The notes below the pieces were generated by a model. It worked only from the letters and a program-made list of their open reading frames with translations. It had not been told where the DNA came from and made no database searches. A DNA stretch of 64,000 nucleotides from Toensbergia leucococca (lineage: Eukaryota): NCBI GenBank assembly GCA_022813965.1, contig JALDZS010000022.1, positions 62,001-126,000 on the forward strand, in the 5' to 3' direction. Positions 12,683-25,530 of the stretch are shown here, one piece after another (position 1 is the first letter of the stretch; each line of letters begins with the position of its first letter). The position numbers were made by a program, and so were the translations under genes.

Positions 12683-14231
12683 ATGGCGACCCAGCCGAAA
12701 TCGCGCTGGGCAGACGACGAAGAAGATGTGGTACTAGAGGCTCAGCGCAAGCGGGATAAAGAGGAGAAGAGGAGGGCAAAGGTTGAGAAACAAAGAAAGC
12801 TGGAGGAAGCGGAGAAGAGCCAGCAAGAGGTCGCCATTGCTACCGCTACACCTGTGAACGGATCTACCGACGACCAATACGCTCTTGACCAGCAGACCGA
12901 GCGCCCTTCAAAGCGAAGAAGGCTGTCACCAGAGCCTGACACCACGACGACGGCTCTACCGCCGGCAAAGCTTCTACGATTTCCAGCCCCTGAATGGGGA
13001 CCGTGCCGGCACGTAGACAATTTCGAAAAACTCAATCACATTGAAGAAGGCTCCTATGGATGGGTGTCGAGGGCAAGAGAAGCAGCTACAGGCGAGGTGG
13101 TGGCATTGAAGAAACTCAAGATGGACAATTCCAACGATGGCTTCCCCGTCACAGGTCTACGTGAGATACAAACGTTGATGGCTTCACGGCATACCAACAT
13201 TGTGCATCTAAGAGAGGTGGTCATGGGCGACAGCATGGACGAGTAAGTACCCTACTACTTGGCTTGATCGAAGCCGCCTTTATCCAGCTTTGTCAGCTGA
13301 TCTTCAATACCAGTGTTTTCCTGGTCATGGACTTCCTTGAGCACGACCTCAAGACCCTGCAAGAGGACATGGCGGAGCCGTTCCTGCCCTCGGAGATCAA
13401 GGCTCTGCTTCTGCAGCTGACCTCTGCCGTCGAGTATTTGCATAGCAACTGGATACTTCATCGAGATTTGAAGACGTCGAATCTTCTCATGAACAATCGG
13501 GGCCAAATCAAGATAGCTGATTTCGGCATGGCTAGGTATTATGGCGATCCGCCGCCGAAACTCACTCAATTGGTCGTAACGCTTTGGTATCGAGCCCCGG
13601 AATTACTACTTGGCGCCGAGAAATATGGTCCAGAAGTCGACATGTGGAGCGTTGGTTGTATCTTCGGCGAGCTCCTAACAAAAGAGCCTTTGCTTCAGGG
13701 CAAGAATGAAGTTGGCCAGCTTTCAAAGGTGTGCTGATAGATGATCATTGAAGACATGCGTTGCGGCAACCCCCTACTTACTACCTTGGGCAGATTTTCG
13801 AACTCTGCGGAATCCCCACCGAAGAGACCTGGCCAGGCTTCAAGCGCCTCCCCAACGCCAGGTCATTACGTCTACCTCGCACGCAGCAAACCGTGGGCGC
13901 CGTCATCCGCGCCAAATTCCCTTTCCTGACCGGCGCCGGCAACGAACTCCTAACCTCGCTCCTCGCATTGAACCCAGCTCGCAGACCTACCGCGGCGGAG
14001 ATGCTAACACATTCGTATTTCAAGGAAGATCCGAAACCAAAGTCCACAGCCATGTTCCCTACTTTCCCGTCGAAAGCGGGTCAGGAGAAGAGGCGAAGGC
14101 TTGTCAGTCCGAGCGCGCCGATGAGAGGCGACGCGCCGCGGATAGGGGGAGAGGTAGCGGATTTTAGTGGCATCTTTTCTGGGGTGGAGGACGAGGAGTC
14201 GGGGGCTGGGTTTCAATTGAAGCTTATATAA
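12683..14231 (+). CDS. CDK11: CDK11/PITSLRE-family cyclin-dependent kinase (Aspergillus NpkA / S. pombe Ppk23-like); 3 exons
   Basis: Motifs IEEGSYG, GFPVTGLRE, HRDLKTSN, DFGMAR, VVTLWYRAPE and the C-terminal MFPTFPSKA. Two GT-AG introns, at about 13243-13313 and 13729-13793. Confidence 0.92.
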
Positions 14232-14752
14232 TTGCTTGTAGCGAAAAAGCTATCGATCCTTTTCTTCTTGAAGGTTCGGGCTAACCTTGACTGAACCATC
14301 AACTCTCCCAATGACTCGAATTCTCTGTCCAACACATCATCTCTATTGCTAGAGATGAACATGAGTCCTGCCTGAGAGGTACCTAGATCGTTATGATGTG
14401 TTTTGAAAGGCTCATCTAGCACGCACATACCCACGCTTCTCTATTTCTTCTGGAACGGTGAGCTATATGTGTGTTCCACCCCGTATCCCCTTCGATAGAG
14501 CATCAGCTTGGCACATGCATATCTCCTGACAAAGTATTGCATTTGGTGCCCGACGCCGTCGCCCCAATGTTCTGCATCAACGCCATGCCATAGTACATCA
14601 TCTTCCCAACCCAGATTAAACACTCTAATCTAGACATTCGCCTAGAATGCTTCCGATGACCAGCTCCCGTTCCCTTAATTTCCCCATCACCAGCCCACCG
14701 CCCATGCCGCAAACACCTTCAAATCGGTAGGACCAAGTCCGCATCACTGATA

Positions 14753-16327
14753 CTATGACCTCTTACCCATTTCCATATCCTCGTCATCATTCCACTCGTC
14801 CCCACCCGCAATCTTCCGTGAAATCCAGATCCCCGCGCTCGTAACACCAACACCAGTCAGAAACCAGAATTCAAACCAACCATCCATCCACCCCATTTCC
14901 TTCCCTCCTAGTCCATTCAAGCCCTCTCCAACAATATCTCCAGGCATCATTCCCCGCAGCATCAGAGTAGCGCTGATGACATATGTGGCACACACTTGTG
15001 CTACTATTAGAGCGAGGTTTGCTTGGACGGCTCTGAGGAGGTTTGGCGTAAAGCGCACAAAGAAGTGAAAGGTTTGCATGACTGATGAAAAGGAAGCGAA
15101 AAGGATTACTCCGGATAAGAGAAAGGAAATCTGACGTGCCCAGGCGGCTTGATCGAGATGGGGATCATAGTAGTGCGCGACGAGGGCCAGGACATTGTTG
15201 ATTGGATCGGAGCCATTGATATTTTGTGGAGACGATATCAGCAAGCGGCGGAGAACGGTAAGAGTCGTAGTAAGAATGCGGTAGATACAATAGACTGAGA
15301 ACATGTACGACGACCATACGGAAAGGCACCCTATTGGTGTCCTAGATCGTCTTTGGTGGTAGAGACGAGTCTGTAGAAGAGAAAGCGAAGTAGAAAGTGA
15401 GAGAGCCATAGTTTCGAGGCCGGAAATTTCGAGCTCCAAAGTCTTACGTTCGGTGTGATCTGCGTTGCCTCGGATGGATCCGATGGCTTTCTGGAAGAAG
15501 CCTTCTGTTGGGGCATCTAACATTTTACGTTCTAGAGCGCGTAGGCGTGAACGCTTTGCTGATAGCATATCATTCGTGGCCTCGAGACCAGCATCTTTCC
15601 GACCAATGTCTGCTTCTGTCACTGGCATGGGACGAGCACCAAAACTCTGCCAGGGGGAGCTAACGGAGGCAAAGCCAGAGAGAAGGGACATGAGAGAGAT
15701 TCCAATAATTCCCACTCGCTCGAGGCACAGTTCGCTGATATTTTGGGAAATTTCAACGGATTGTCCCTCATCTTGCTTTGTCAGCAGCCATTGTCCACTC
15801 CACCAGAAGCCCAGCAGCCATGATGTAAATGCCACGAGTTGCAATATCCAGGCGATTCGGAGCCTTCCTTTTCCAGGGCCAGTGTATTCCCATCCTGCAG
15901 CCGAGATAATTGTATGTATTTCCAGAAGTGGTATCGCAATGATCAAGAGGATAAGAAGGAGTGTGACGGTGACACGTAAGGCTAATTCCCGTGTTGTCGA
16001 GTTGATGGTGTTGGATATCTCGCACAGAACTAGTTCAATGAGCACCGTAGCCAGGGCAATTGTTGCAGCGAATGTGAGAGCGGATGCACGCTTGATACTG
16101 GATTTTGATAATGACGGTGTCTGGGAACTAGTCTGCGAGAATTGGATACCTCTGGTCTTGGTTGAAGTTACACCCGAGAGAAGGGGGAAGATTTTTTGAA
16201 GCACCAATGTGGATACGAAGAGGAAAGTGACGAGGAAGGGGAGAGATGAGAAGATTATCGTTGAAGAGGGTTCCATCCTGCGGTGGCCCAAGGTACACTC
16301 ATCACAGTCACTGCCTGCAGGGACCAT
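14753..16327 (-). CDS. GPR89/Golgi pH regulator family multi-pass membrane protein; single exon
   Basis: 524-aa ORF with several hydrophobic helices and the family-like motifs ELVLCEI and RVGIIGISLMSLLSGFASVSSP. Confidence 0.85.
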   Translation of the reverse strand: MVPAGSDCDECTLGHRRMEPSSTIIFSSLPFLVTFLFVSTLVLQKIFPLLSGVTSTKTRGIQFSQTSSQTPSLSKSSIKRASALTFAATIALATVLIELVLCEISNTINSTTRELALRVTVTLLLILLIIAIPLLEIHTIISAAGWEYTGPGKGRLRIAWILQLVAFTSWLLGFWWSGQWLLTKQDEGQSVEISQNISELCLERVGIIGISLMSLLSGFASVSSPWQSFGARPMPVTEADIGRKDAGLEATNDMLSAKRSRLRALERKMLDAPTEGFFQKAIGSIRGNADHTERKTLELEISGLETMALSLSTSLSLLQTRLYHQRRSRTPIGCLSVWSSYMFSVYCIYRILTTTLTVLRRLLISSPQNINGSDPINNVLALVAHYYDPHLDQAAWARQISFLLSGVILFASFSSVMQTFHFFVRFTPNLLRAVQANLALIVAQVCATYVISATLMLRGMMPGDIVGEGLNGLGGKEMGWMDGWFEFWFLTGVGVTSAGIWISRKIAGGDEWNDDEDMEMGKRS

Positions 16328-16686
16328 GGATAAAGGGGAAGGCTTTGATGTTTGGATAGCATCAAGTAGGAGCGTCGTCGCAGCGTCGAGGAGCGAAGAA
16401 TTAGTCCTTGCACGAATGACGTATCCCCAGTCCCACTAAACTTACGGAGTACCTAGAGCATCCGTACCCGTGAGCCATCTAAGCGAGGAATGAGGGCATG
16501 GGGCACAACGGTACATTTTGGATTCTAGAAGAGTAACATTCATGAGAGTTGCTTCATCAACTAATTGAAACTTTGGCTAACCCATGCCAATAAGAGGAAA
16601 ACTCTACTAGAGTTCGTGAACATCGCCATGGTGGTGCATATTAAGACATCGCCCCACCCCCAACCCCTTACACAGTTACAACCCAT

Positions 16687-18232
16687 TCAACTACCGTGAG
16701 GCTTCCCTATCCGGGCCTCTTGGTCTTCATCCTCTTGATTCTCTTGATCCTGCTCTTCTTCATCGCTCAACTCCGACCTTCCCAGGCTCTTGTAGTCAGT
16801 ACTTCTCGTCTCTGGGGAACTTAGCGGATCCGGGCTCAAAAATCCAGTTGGACCCGGACTTTCGGGACCGCTTGTGTAATCCCCTCTACTCGGAATCTGC
16901 GTTGGAGATGCTCCCTGTCCATCGCCATCATCTCCTCTCCCTATTCCAAGCCCGCTAAAAGCTCCAGGTAACCCAATTGCCTGCGCCACAGCCTGTGCTT
17001 CTGTCTCACTCGCTTCCCCTGTCGATAATCCCTTATCTAAGGTTTGACTTCCTGCTAAGCCGCTCTGCTCTAGAATCCCTAAATAGCTTCTTCTGGTTGG
17101 GTCTGCAAGACGCTTCCGCTTTTTCTTCTCGCGTTTAGCAGTTGGGCGGACCACGATGACAGGCACAGGCGAATTTTGGAGACAGTATTTCGAAACAGAT
17201 CCAGGGAGAAGACCCTGAATGCCACCAAGAGATCGACCACGCGTACCTACGATAAGACAGGCTGGTTCGTAGATAGTGATCTACTAGCAGAATCAGTTTT
17301 GGACTCATATCAAATTCGTAGCTACGATTGGAACCTGTCAATGATAGGCGAACAGACCATACGTTGAATGGTTTCATGAACTTTCCCCACAGCAAACTCC
17401 AATATGAGACTAATGCTCTTTTCGTCATCCTTGTTCTTAGCCTTGATATGCTCGAGCAATTTGTGAGCTTCAGTCTTGTATACACCTTCCTCGACGCTAG
17501 CTTCGCTATTAATCTTGCTATCTTTGTCTACAACCCTCAAGCAGACAACCTCATCGCCATCCTCGACCAACTCATCAAGTAACCATTCGAGGGCAAATTC
17601 AGAGTAATCATTCTGATCTATCCCGCATAAAAAAGTGCGTGATCTCGCGGTATACGCGTAATCCTTATGCTGAGACTTCAAGGTCAAGGCGAAATCCGTT
17701 GCATCCCGATTGTCGAACGTATCAAAGGAAACACGATTCCTGTAAGTACTAAGAGGCAAAGAAGAGGTCAATGACGTGCCTGAAAGAAGCTATCTTTCTG
17801 ACCCACTCTAATCTCGTAGCCATGAAAATATGCCATATAAATAACAACAGAGAATCAGACATTTTTCGATGCGACCTATCAGATAAGATAAAGAATGCCC
17901 GATTTGGGGAGAGCGGGGTATTAACAGGGCAAAAAACCCATCGAACAGTCTGCGCAAATACTTGAAAAACAAAGGATGAACTGGCTACAAGAAAGTCCAA
18001 ACACTTACAGAGGTGGAGGTGGCGAGGAGAGCCTTGATTTTGTCGTGGATGATGCTTTCGAACTTGAGGTACGGAGAGCGGCATCAGACTTCGTCTTCAC
18101 AAATTGGACGGCTGGCCGTCGCCCATCCTGTGAAATAGAGTGTACAGGCGATTCCTTCGATGTTAAGGCTGTAGAATTAGTAATAGTTTCGCCAGGATTT
18201 GTAGCTTCAGAAAAGTGGATATGTGATTGCAT
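16687..18232 (-). CDS. Universal stress protein (Usp) domain protein; 3 exons
   Basis: Motifs RVSFDTFD, RTFLCGIDQNDYSEFALEWLLDELVEDGDEVVCLRVV, VGTRGRSLGGIQGLLPGSVSKYCLQNSPVPVIVVRP. First intron is about 260 nt (18008-17749). The start codon is inferred. Confidence 0.88.
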
Positions 18233-19308
18233 GGTCGAAGGAACTGGCCCGGGAAGATGACAGATCCGAGCGGCACGCTCGTCAATTTGCACTTGAGCGC
18301 CTTGGAATGATGGATCAAGGCAACAACTTGGTCTTTGTGATTGAAGAATTGTTAGCTAGGCACACTGATGATTGTGTGATTATGCACATGCTGGTCGTTT
18401 GTGCCTCGACGACTAGGTAGGCTGGGGCAATTGTTTGATTACGAACAGCACACGTAGACACGTAGCCACCGAGCCACCTTAAGCAACAAGTAGTGCAATC
18501 AAAGACCGGTCGTACCGTGGAGTCTGTTTATTCTTCACGACATCAGTAGAAACGGAATGTATTCAACCATTTCATTTCGACTGATGATCATAAAAATACA
18601 ACGCGTTCGACAGACATGACAGATGAGAGGGTGCTTTATAATACATACTCTAAGTAAAGACTGGTATTAGTTGGAGTTTGAGTATTTGAATACGAATTAC
18701 TGCCAAGTGTTTGTCATAATCTATCGCAAAGTCGACCAAGTATGGTTGTCATCTGGTGATCTTGGCATTTTCGAAACACGATTATCTCGGAGTGAGGAAT
18801 GAGGGTATCGAGGGGTATGTACTCCGTACTCCGTACGCACGTATCAATTCTGTAACCCAGAGAGCCAGAGTCAGACAACCGGGAGCTCGGGAGCTCGGTT
18901 ACCTCGATGAAACAAACTCCGTGCCATCGATCCTTTGCTCCTTCCTGCCTTGATGATCCATGGGATTGGCACCGTCGCACCCGGTCTACGAAGGTGGGGT
19001 GGTTTGAAAGCATGCATATTTTTGAGTTACAGCTCTGCATTAATAATCAATCGATCACTTGAAGTGCGAATCATGAATGTAGTCTGCAACTTTGTATTTT
19101 TGTCTCGACCTTGTAGGGAGAACAACTATGCTAGCTCTCCTCCAATCCTCGTCAATGTAGAGGAGATTCCCTTTTCCAATAGTAATACCGCTCAATGAAG
19201 TAATGTACAGAATAAATATGCAACGCTTTTTAAGGTATCTTCGCTGTGCATAAACTCCAAGCTGTGCCAAAATCCGCTATCATAATTCGAACAATCATCG
19301 AAGTCAAG

Positions 19309-20121
19309 CTAGTAAGCTCTGACTATTGTTGTCTGCTGCCGTTGAGGTAGATAGAATCCCTCGTCGAAAAAGGCGGCTTGTTCCGACTCCGGTAGTGATG
19401 CTGGCGCGGTGTCTGATGTTTGTGATTCGGAATGATAGAATGATGTCGTAGCAATAGCTTGTCGTTGCTTTTCCGAGAACGGGTCAAGGGGGATTGTGGC
19501 TTGTGGAGGTGATGGGGGCATTGAGTCGTCCTCTGAGTCTGAATCTGACTCATCGAGGAGCTCTGGTAGAGGCGATGAATGTGATGACGATGAGCGGGTA
19601 AGTGCCAGATCATCCTCGTAGTCAGAGTCATCTTCCATATCCTCCTCTAACTCGATCTCGGTGGTTGTGCTGGTAATTGTTGCTGCTGGTGATGGAGCGC
19701 GGCGGAGAGGTATAGCTGGAATGTCCTCCTCATCATCCGAATCGGGCTCGCTGTCTGAGCTCTCGCCATCCCATTCCTCCTCTGCGATGGTGTCTGCCCA
19801 TTGGATGTGCTTGGGTTCCTGGGATGCCTTGGTGGCTCCCCTAACAGTCTGGTTGAACCAGCTTTCTTGTTCACGCTCAGCATCGGCAAGGTCCACCATC
19901 AATGAATCGAGAAGGTTGGCGTGTCCCACCAATATTCTTAGCCGATGCTCGGAACGACCGGCCTCCTTGGATAGCTTTCCACGCGAGAGATGGGCGAGGT
20001 GATATGTCTGCGTCAAACTCATCTTTTGCTTCTTCTGAGGTGGTGATGAGGATTGAGTGGTATTCGTTGTGGATGCTGCTTGGATAGTGGAAGGGGTCAT
20101 GGTGTATCTTAAGGAAGACAT
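19309..20121 (-). CDS. Conserved acidic fungal protein of the ECM13/YJR115W-like family; single exon
   Basis: The N-terminal block MSLTQTYHLAHLSRGKLSKEAGRSEHRLRILVGHANLLDSLM is recalled as the family signature. It is followed by Asp/Glu/Ser-rich low-complexity sequence. Confidence 0.75.
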   Translation of the reverse strand: MSSLRYTMTPSTIQAASTTNTTQSSSPPQKKQKMSLTQTYHLAHLSRGKLSKEAGRSEHRLRILVGHANLLDSLMVDLADAEREQESWFNQTVRGATKASQEPKHIQWADTIAEEEWDGESSDSEPDSDDEEDIPAIPLRRAPSPAATITSTTTEIELEEDMEDDSDYEDDLALTRSSSSHSSPLPELLDESDSDSEDDSMPPSPPQATIPLDPFSEKQRQAIATTSFYHSESQTSDTAPASLPESEQAAFFDEGFYLPQRQQTTIVRAY

Positions 20122-20145
20122 GTTGGGATTGGCTTTTGGTAGTAA

Positions 20146-20607
20146 TGAGTCAATCAGGCAGAAAGTCTAAGGGTGGAGTCAAGTTTAGGTAGGCAACAAT
20201 AGTTGTCGAAATGCTTTGTGATGGTTCTTGGAAGTTGTTATTGTATTGTGATGATGTTTGTGGATGAGATGATCTGAATGGGGAAGCGTTGTCTTATTAC
20301 TTATGTGCCTCATGGTTCAGCTGTGTAATCCACGTCGCACACAGTAATCCATACGTCCTTACTGCCCAAAATCCGAGCGGGATGACAGGAAGTCCGAACG
20401 ACGCTAGCGTAAAGTCCACGAGGCTTGCTCGGCTTCGGACACAACTGTTCTGCTACACCGTTCTTTCAATGCAGCCTAGCTTGTTCGACAGCAAGATGGC
20501 TGAGTCACATCCGTTTGATTACAACTCAAGCATTATCTTGCAACGGCTTAGCTTGACTCAACTCTACACCTTTAGCCCTCCCATCTGATCAAGCCGGTCA
20601 TGACTCA
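20146..20607. promoter_or_regulatory. Cluster of four AP-1/Gcn4(CpcA)-type TGA(C/G)TCA sites
   Basis: Exact 7-mers at 20146, 20501, 20554 and 20601, all within 490 bp upstream of the ECM13-like ATG. Confidence 0.6.
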
Positions 20608-23600
20608 GCGGACCATTAGAAATCCGTCGGGCCAAAGCACAAGCAAAGCACATTATTCCAGTCAGACAGAGCCAAAGTCTGGCAAGATGTTATTCGATGC
20701 AACTATGACTACCCACCATTCGACATGGAAGTTGGTGCAATTGGCTTGCATCAGCCCTGGCCTCTCATTCCTCGTTTACTACTGCAGTGCTTACGTTGGA
20801 AGCTCAGCCCTGGGGTGATGCCACGAGGCAGCATCCTTTTAGTATTCTAGAAGGTTTCTGTTTCCTCGGCAGGCTTGGTCCTGCATGAACGAACACGGTA
20901 ACACGAATGCGCAGAGTACCAGCGGTCTGCGCGTACTCGGGTTCGCACCAGTCGAGGGAGGGGTGATGTTAGTGCCTAGATACTGCGGCCTGCGTACAGC
21001 GTACAAAGTACGTACTCTGAGGTACTCTACTGTTGCTACTGCATCATCACGTCAAATTAATCGACACGTCATGCGAAAGTGTAACGGCTTGGATTATTAT
21101 TTCCCTTAGGTACCGAGTCTTAAGCTCCAGGCGATCATGGCCTTAAGATACGGACGTTACAAAGATCCGAGAACTGGAGAAGGTTATTATTCACCGGGAG
21201 TGCGGGTCTAATGACAAGTTGATTAGTTGTAAAACCCGAGGTCCGATGGGGTTTGAAACTGTCCGGTGATAAGACTGGCACCTGGGAGCTTGAAAAGTAA
21301 CCATAAATTAGAATAGCGAGCAGACCAATCACATCATCGTGGATGAACCTTTAGCTTGTTGCTTTATCAGCCTGGCACTGGGTATTTCGCTTCATCTCTC
21401 GATCGCATTTCGCACCAAACAAACTCAATTTCATATTCTATGGCTGCCTGGCTCACTTTACAGTAGCTCCATGCACTAATTTATCATCACTTTTCTTGCG
21501 GTCGCTGCTTGATTGCTAACATGCTATCCAGAATCCAAAATTGCTTGATATCTTCAAAGTCAAATCGTTCTCCGTTTGACCGTTCTGAAAAACATCACCT
21601 AGCGCAATTTCAGTATTTGATGAGACTTGTATTTTCTGGCTTCAATTTCATCAACATTCCATTAGGTCTATTATCATATCCGTTCTCAATCTTCCGGCTC
21701 CGGCTGGTGCTCACGTTGATGCATAGCCTTGTTCTACGTTTGAGCTGATGCTCTGCATCTGTACTTGTCGGAAAGCGAAGTTGTGATACTTTTCTTATTA
21801 CAGCGAATTGTCTTGAGGTCTTACTACTAATATATGAATCATTGCCGAGCTATCTCAGAAGCCATATCAAGAAAAGAGAGGTGAAGTCGGAAGATCCTTC
21901 CAGATATGTAGATAGTCGCAAATGCAGCAAGGTGTCTAGTTTAGCTCGGAGGTGAGCGTGAGTGGGAGTGGGAGTGGGGTTACGAAGGCCCTCAGGCACC
22001 AGAAAGGGAAGTCGTTGTAGACCGCTTTTGTGCAATCCACCAGGCAAACATGACTCTTTACATTATTGTTGGGTGAATAGGTGTGCTGATTGCATTTCTG
22101 GAGTCACAAGCTCACCCTTTACTACATGGACCGTTCTGGCCGTTATACCTCTTGCGATGCTTGGTGGGGCTATCTGGATTGCATGTATTATCGGTGAGAG
22201 CGACATTGCATGTGTTTCCGAGGTAAGAAAATCTGGCCTACAGATACCAAAAGTGCAAACCTCCTTCAAGGTGTAACTCTATTCGTTGGCAGCCCGAGTG
22301 GTTACACAGAAATCTGGTGCCATCAAAGACAACGCTCTTTCGCGCAAGCACTGAACGAGACTCGCAGACACAATGAACGACATCCTCACAGTCTAGCATT
22401 ACTTTTCATCCAAGCCACTCAAGAGTCTCATCACTAAATTTTTCTATAGCTGCTTAGAACCCAAGGCCCCAAGTGATCTCTTGCCCCTATCAACCATCTC
22501 AACAAAGTAGTGCAGATTTTTAACACCTTTCTTCGACATCCGAAGTTAAACATTGATGATCGCGCCTGGGGGAAAACATTCACAATTGAATCAACCTGAC
22601 AAAAACAAATAGATGGCGAACAGAACAGCCAAAAAAAGCCAAAGCCAAGCACCGTTCGCCAACAAATGAAATTTCGCCCCGAAATTCAACTACCGATAGA
22701 ACATCACCTTCACTCTCGGCGAGCTATAGCCCTCTAGCGTCCGAAAGGGGTCCCCGAGTTGCAAATGAAGCTGATTAAAACGGGGACCCGTCAGTTGCCA
22801 CAAAAGAGGCCATGAATGTAGGGAGACACTATGGGAAACTCCAAGAAAATAAACCCAAGCAAAAGTAGAAACGCAACGAGTCGAGTACCAAAAATAAACC
22901 AAACAAGTAAAAGACATCTCAGCCATTCAACGAAACCTCAACCTTTCCCCCTGAAAACAATCCCTAGATAATGGTCAAGAATGGCTACCAGGTCAAGCCC
23001 ATAGACCACACACAGTAAATAAGCGCACCACGGTCAACCCTCCAACGGCATAAGCTCTTAGCAAAGCAAAGGGGGGAATCATCAAGCGGACTTCAATCGG
23101 CTTGTGGTACAAAGAACATGAGCACGTCTCCGAGAAAGAAAATTTGAAAAACAAATCGATAACCCTGACTCTACTCTTCAAATGCAGAAAACATCTTCGT
23201 TCATCGTTCTTTTCAATGGAAACCATCAACACCGCCACACATCTCGGATAAACAACCGGCCCAGAGCTCGCCTCAATCGCTGTTCGAGCCTCCAGGCGGG
23301 GTGGGGGGCAATGATACAAAAAACACAAAGTCACACACGCCTTCCTTCCGGGAACCAAGTAAAGAATCCCAACACCCAGCCCTTTTCAAGTAAGGCACGA
23401 GTAATTACAAGAAATGATGACTCGGTACACTAAACACACAAAACGAACATCACCAAAAAAAAAGATAATATATGTACTAGGAATTAAAACGACTATATGC
23501 ACGGATGAAAGCTATCGACAGCACAACAATCGCGTGTTCCCCTCCCCCAACCAAAAAACCGTCGAGTAAAAGTCCCCCAATCCAGCTCAATGTCTCACTC

Positions 23601-23648
23601 CGGCCCCCGAAAAACCCAAATATGAACGTCGCAGACATGGTCACAATA

Positions 23649-25530
23649 TCACGGTAAATCATATATCCAAATCTGATCGCAACAATCCACAATCAGTCTT
23701 CCGCGCAATTTGCTTCAAAACTTTCTTCAAAAAAACAAACAAAAAAAAAGGGGCGAAAATCCTTACCTGCATCTTCCCCATCTCAGTCCCTTCCCGCCTA
23801 GCCTCCCGGCTGACAGTCTGCAATGCCATATCCCAATCATCCCTATCTCCCATAGTGATCAAATCGCCCTCGTCCCGAATCTTGAGCTTAAACCTCCCCT
23901 TAACCCCAAACTTCTCCTTCACCCGCCCCACAAAATCTTCAAACGCCACCGCCATCCCGATCATCAGATACCGCGTGTCATCCCCGGAATGGACTTTCAC
24001 TCTAATGCTCTTTATCTCGATGGGGCGGCGGGAGCGGGAGGCGCCTCGGCTGCTGCTGCGAGGACGTCGGGGCCGAGAGAGATCGCCGCCGGCGTTGTTA
24101 AGGATTTCGAAGTCGGAAAGGGAGGAGGTATTGGAGTTGTTAGCGTCTTCATTGGTTTCGTCGATATCGGCGGGTCTTTGGCGACTGTGCGATCGCTGTC
24201 TTGGCTTGGGATTTCGCTTTCTTTGATACCCGCGCGAGGATTGATCGCTGTTGGTTCTGGGACTCTGATACATGTCGTACAACTCATCTGGATATTCGTT
24301 GATATCAGCCTCGGCACTATTGTTCGGACGAAGTGGTGTTGTCTCCATGAAAAGTCGACCCCGGCCTGAGGGATAGTCGCGGTGAGATCGACCGTTTGAG
24401 TAGTTCCGGGCAGGTCCTCGGGGCTCAGAAGCTGTACGAATTGTTCCAGGCCTAGGGAGCTCCTTTTCCAAACAAGGTTTGGTCAGGTTGAGAGGTTCGG
24501 GACGATTTGGAGGGCTACGGACAGAAGTGGTACGGCGAATCATTGGTGGTGTTTTTGAAGGCGGAGAGGCACTGCTGGAAGTGAATGCCGGTCTGACTTG
24601 ATCGTTGTCTGGGGGAGGAGTGGGAGGGAACATGTTACGGTGGATGGGAGGCTCGGAATGTTGTCTTGATCTGCTTTGAAGATTTGGTTTTACATGATTT
24701 GAGAATGCAAATGAAACGCTTTCAGGAGGCCGAACACCGCGGCTGGCTTGATCGCTAGCGGCGACGAGGCGAGCTTTCCCTAGGTAATCTTTCGCTTTGA
24801 GGTTCTTGACTTTGGCGCTGTTCGGACGGTAGACAACACCGACGGGGATGGAGAAAACAGTGTATCCCTGTCAGCATTAATTAGAAACAGCTTTTTGAGT
24901 GTTGATCCAAGAAACAAACTTCAGCCTCTTCTTTGATGGCCTCGTCTATAACATCGTGGTCTGGTGTGGCTTTCTCTATAGAGGCATATGCCATGTCTGC
25001 CAGGCCTACCTCTTTCTGTTGAAGATAGATGTAGCAGAGTCCACGATTGAAGAGCACCTCGCAGGAAAACAGCTTGAACTTGAGACCCAATTGCTCGTAA
25101 TTGATATAGGCATTACCTCTCAGGTACTTCAGGGTATCGTTGAAATTGACCAGGGCCTCCTCGAAATCGCCAACCAGAAAATTGGATACACCCTGCTGGA
25201 AGTATGCAATTGCCAGGTAATTGTCCATACGTATCGCTCGCTGAAAGCACTCAACCTAAGCATCGTTGAGCGTTTGCCTGTTCTGTCGCCAATTTTGGAG
25301 ATTACCCACTGCTTTGTGATGCTCGCCCAGTGTTGCATGTATCATTCCACAGTTGAACAATATCTTGGAGGTATCGGAGATACTATCGAAGGTCTTCAGC
25401 GATTCCTCGAATTCGTTGTTGTCATAGTGTGCCAGGGCTTGCACCCATGTCTCGATTTCCTGCGGGAGATGAAGTCAGCACGTAGATTGAACAGAAGATG
25501 TCCAACATGACTAACCTGCTTCAGTGACAT
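23649..25530 (-). CDS. noxR: NADPH oxidase regulator (p67phox homologue; N-terminal TPR, C-terminal PB1); 5 exons
   Basis: Reads MSLKQ|EIETWVQALAHYDNNEF, YLAIAYFQQGVSNFL, YEQLGLKFKLFSCEVLFNRGL, GYTVFSIPVGVVYRP, then the PB1 segment IRVKVHSGDDTRY...DEGDLITMGD. The last exon is IWIYDLP*. Confidence 0.93.

Noticed and set aside
15465..16199. 244-aa + strand ORF (similarly 23710-24369, 24899-25510 and 40417-40959)
   Set aside because: These are antisense shadows of well-supported genes and have no recognisable motifs.
17878..17886. SreA-type ATCAGATAA motif
   Set aside because: It is a single intronic copy in a non-iron gene, and about one is expected by chance in 64 kb.
20800..23600. Hidden gene or transposon in the long intergenic region
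   Set aside because: It has only short ORFs with no coherent splice structure and no transposase or RT motifs that I could recognise.
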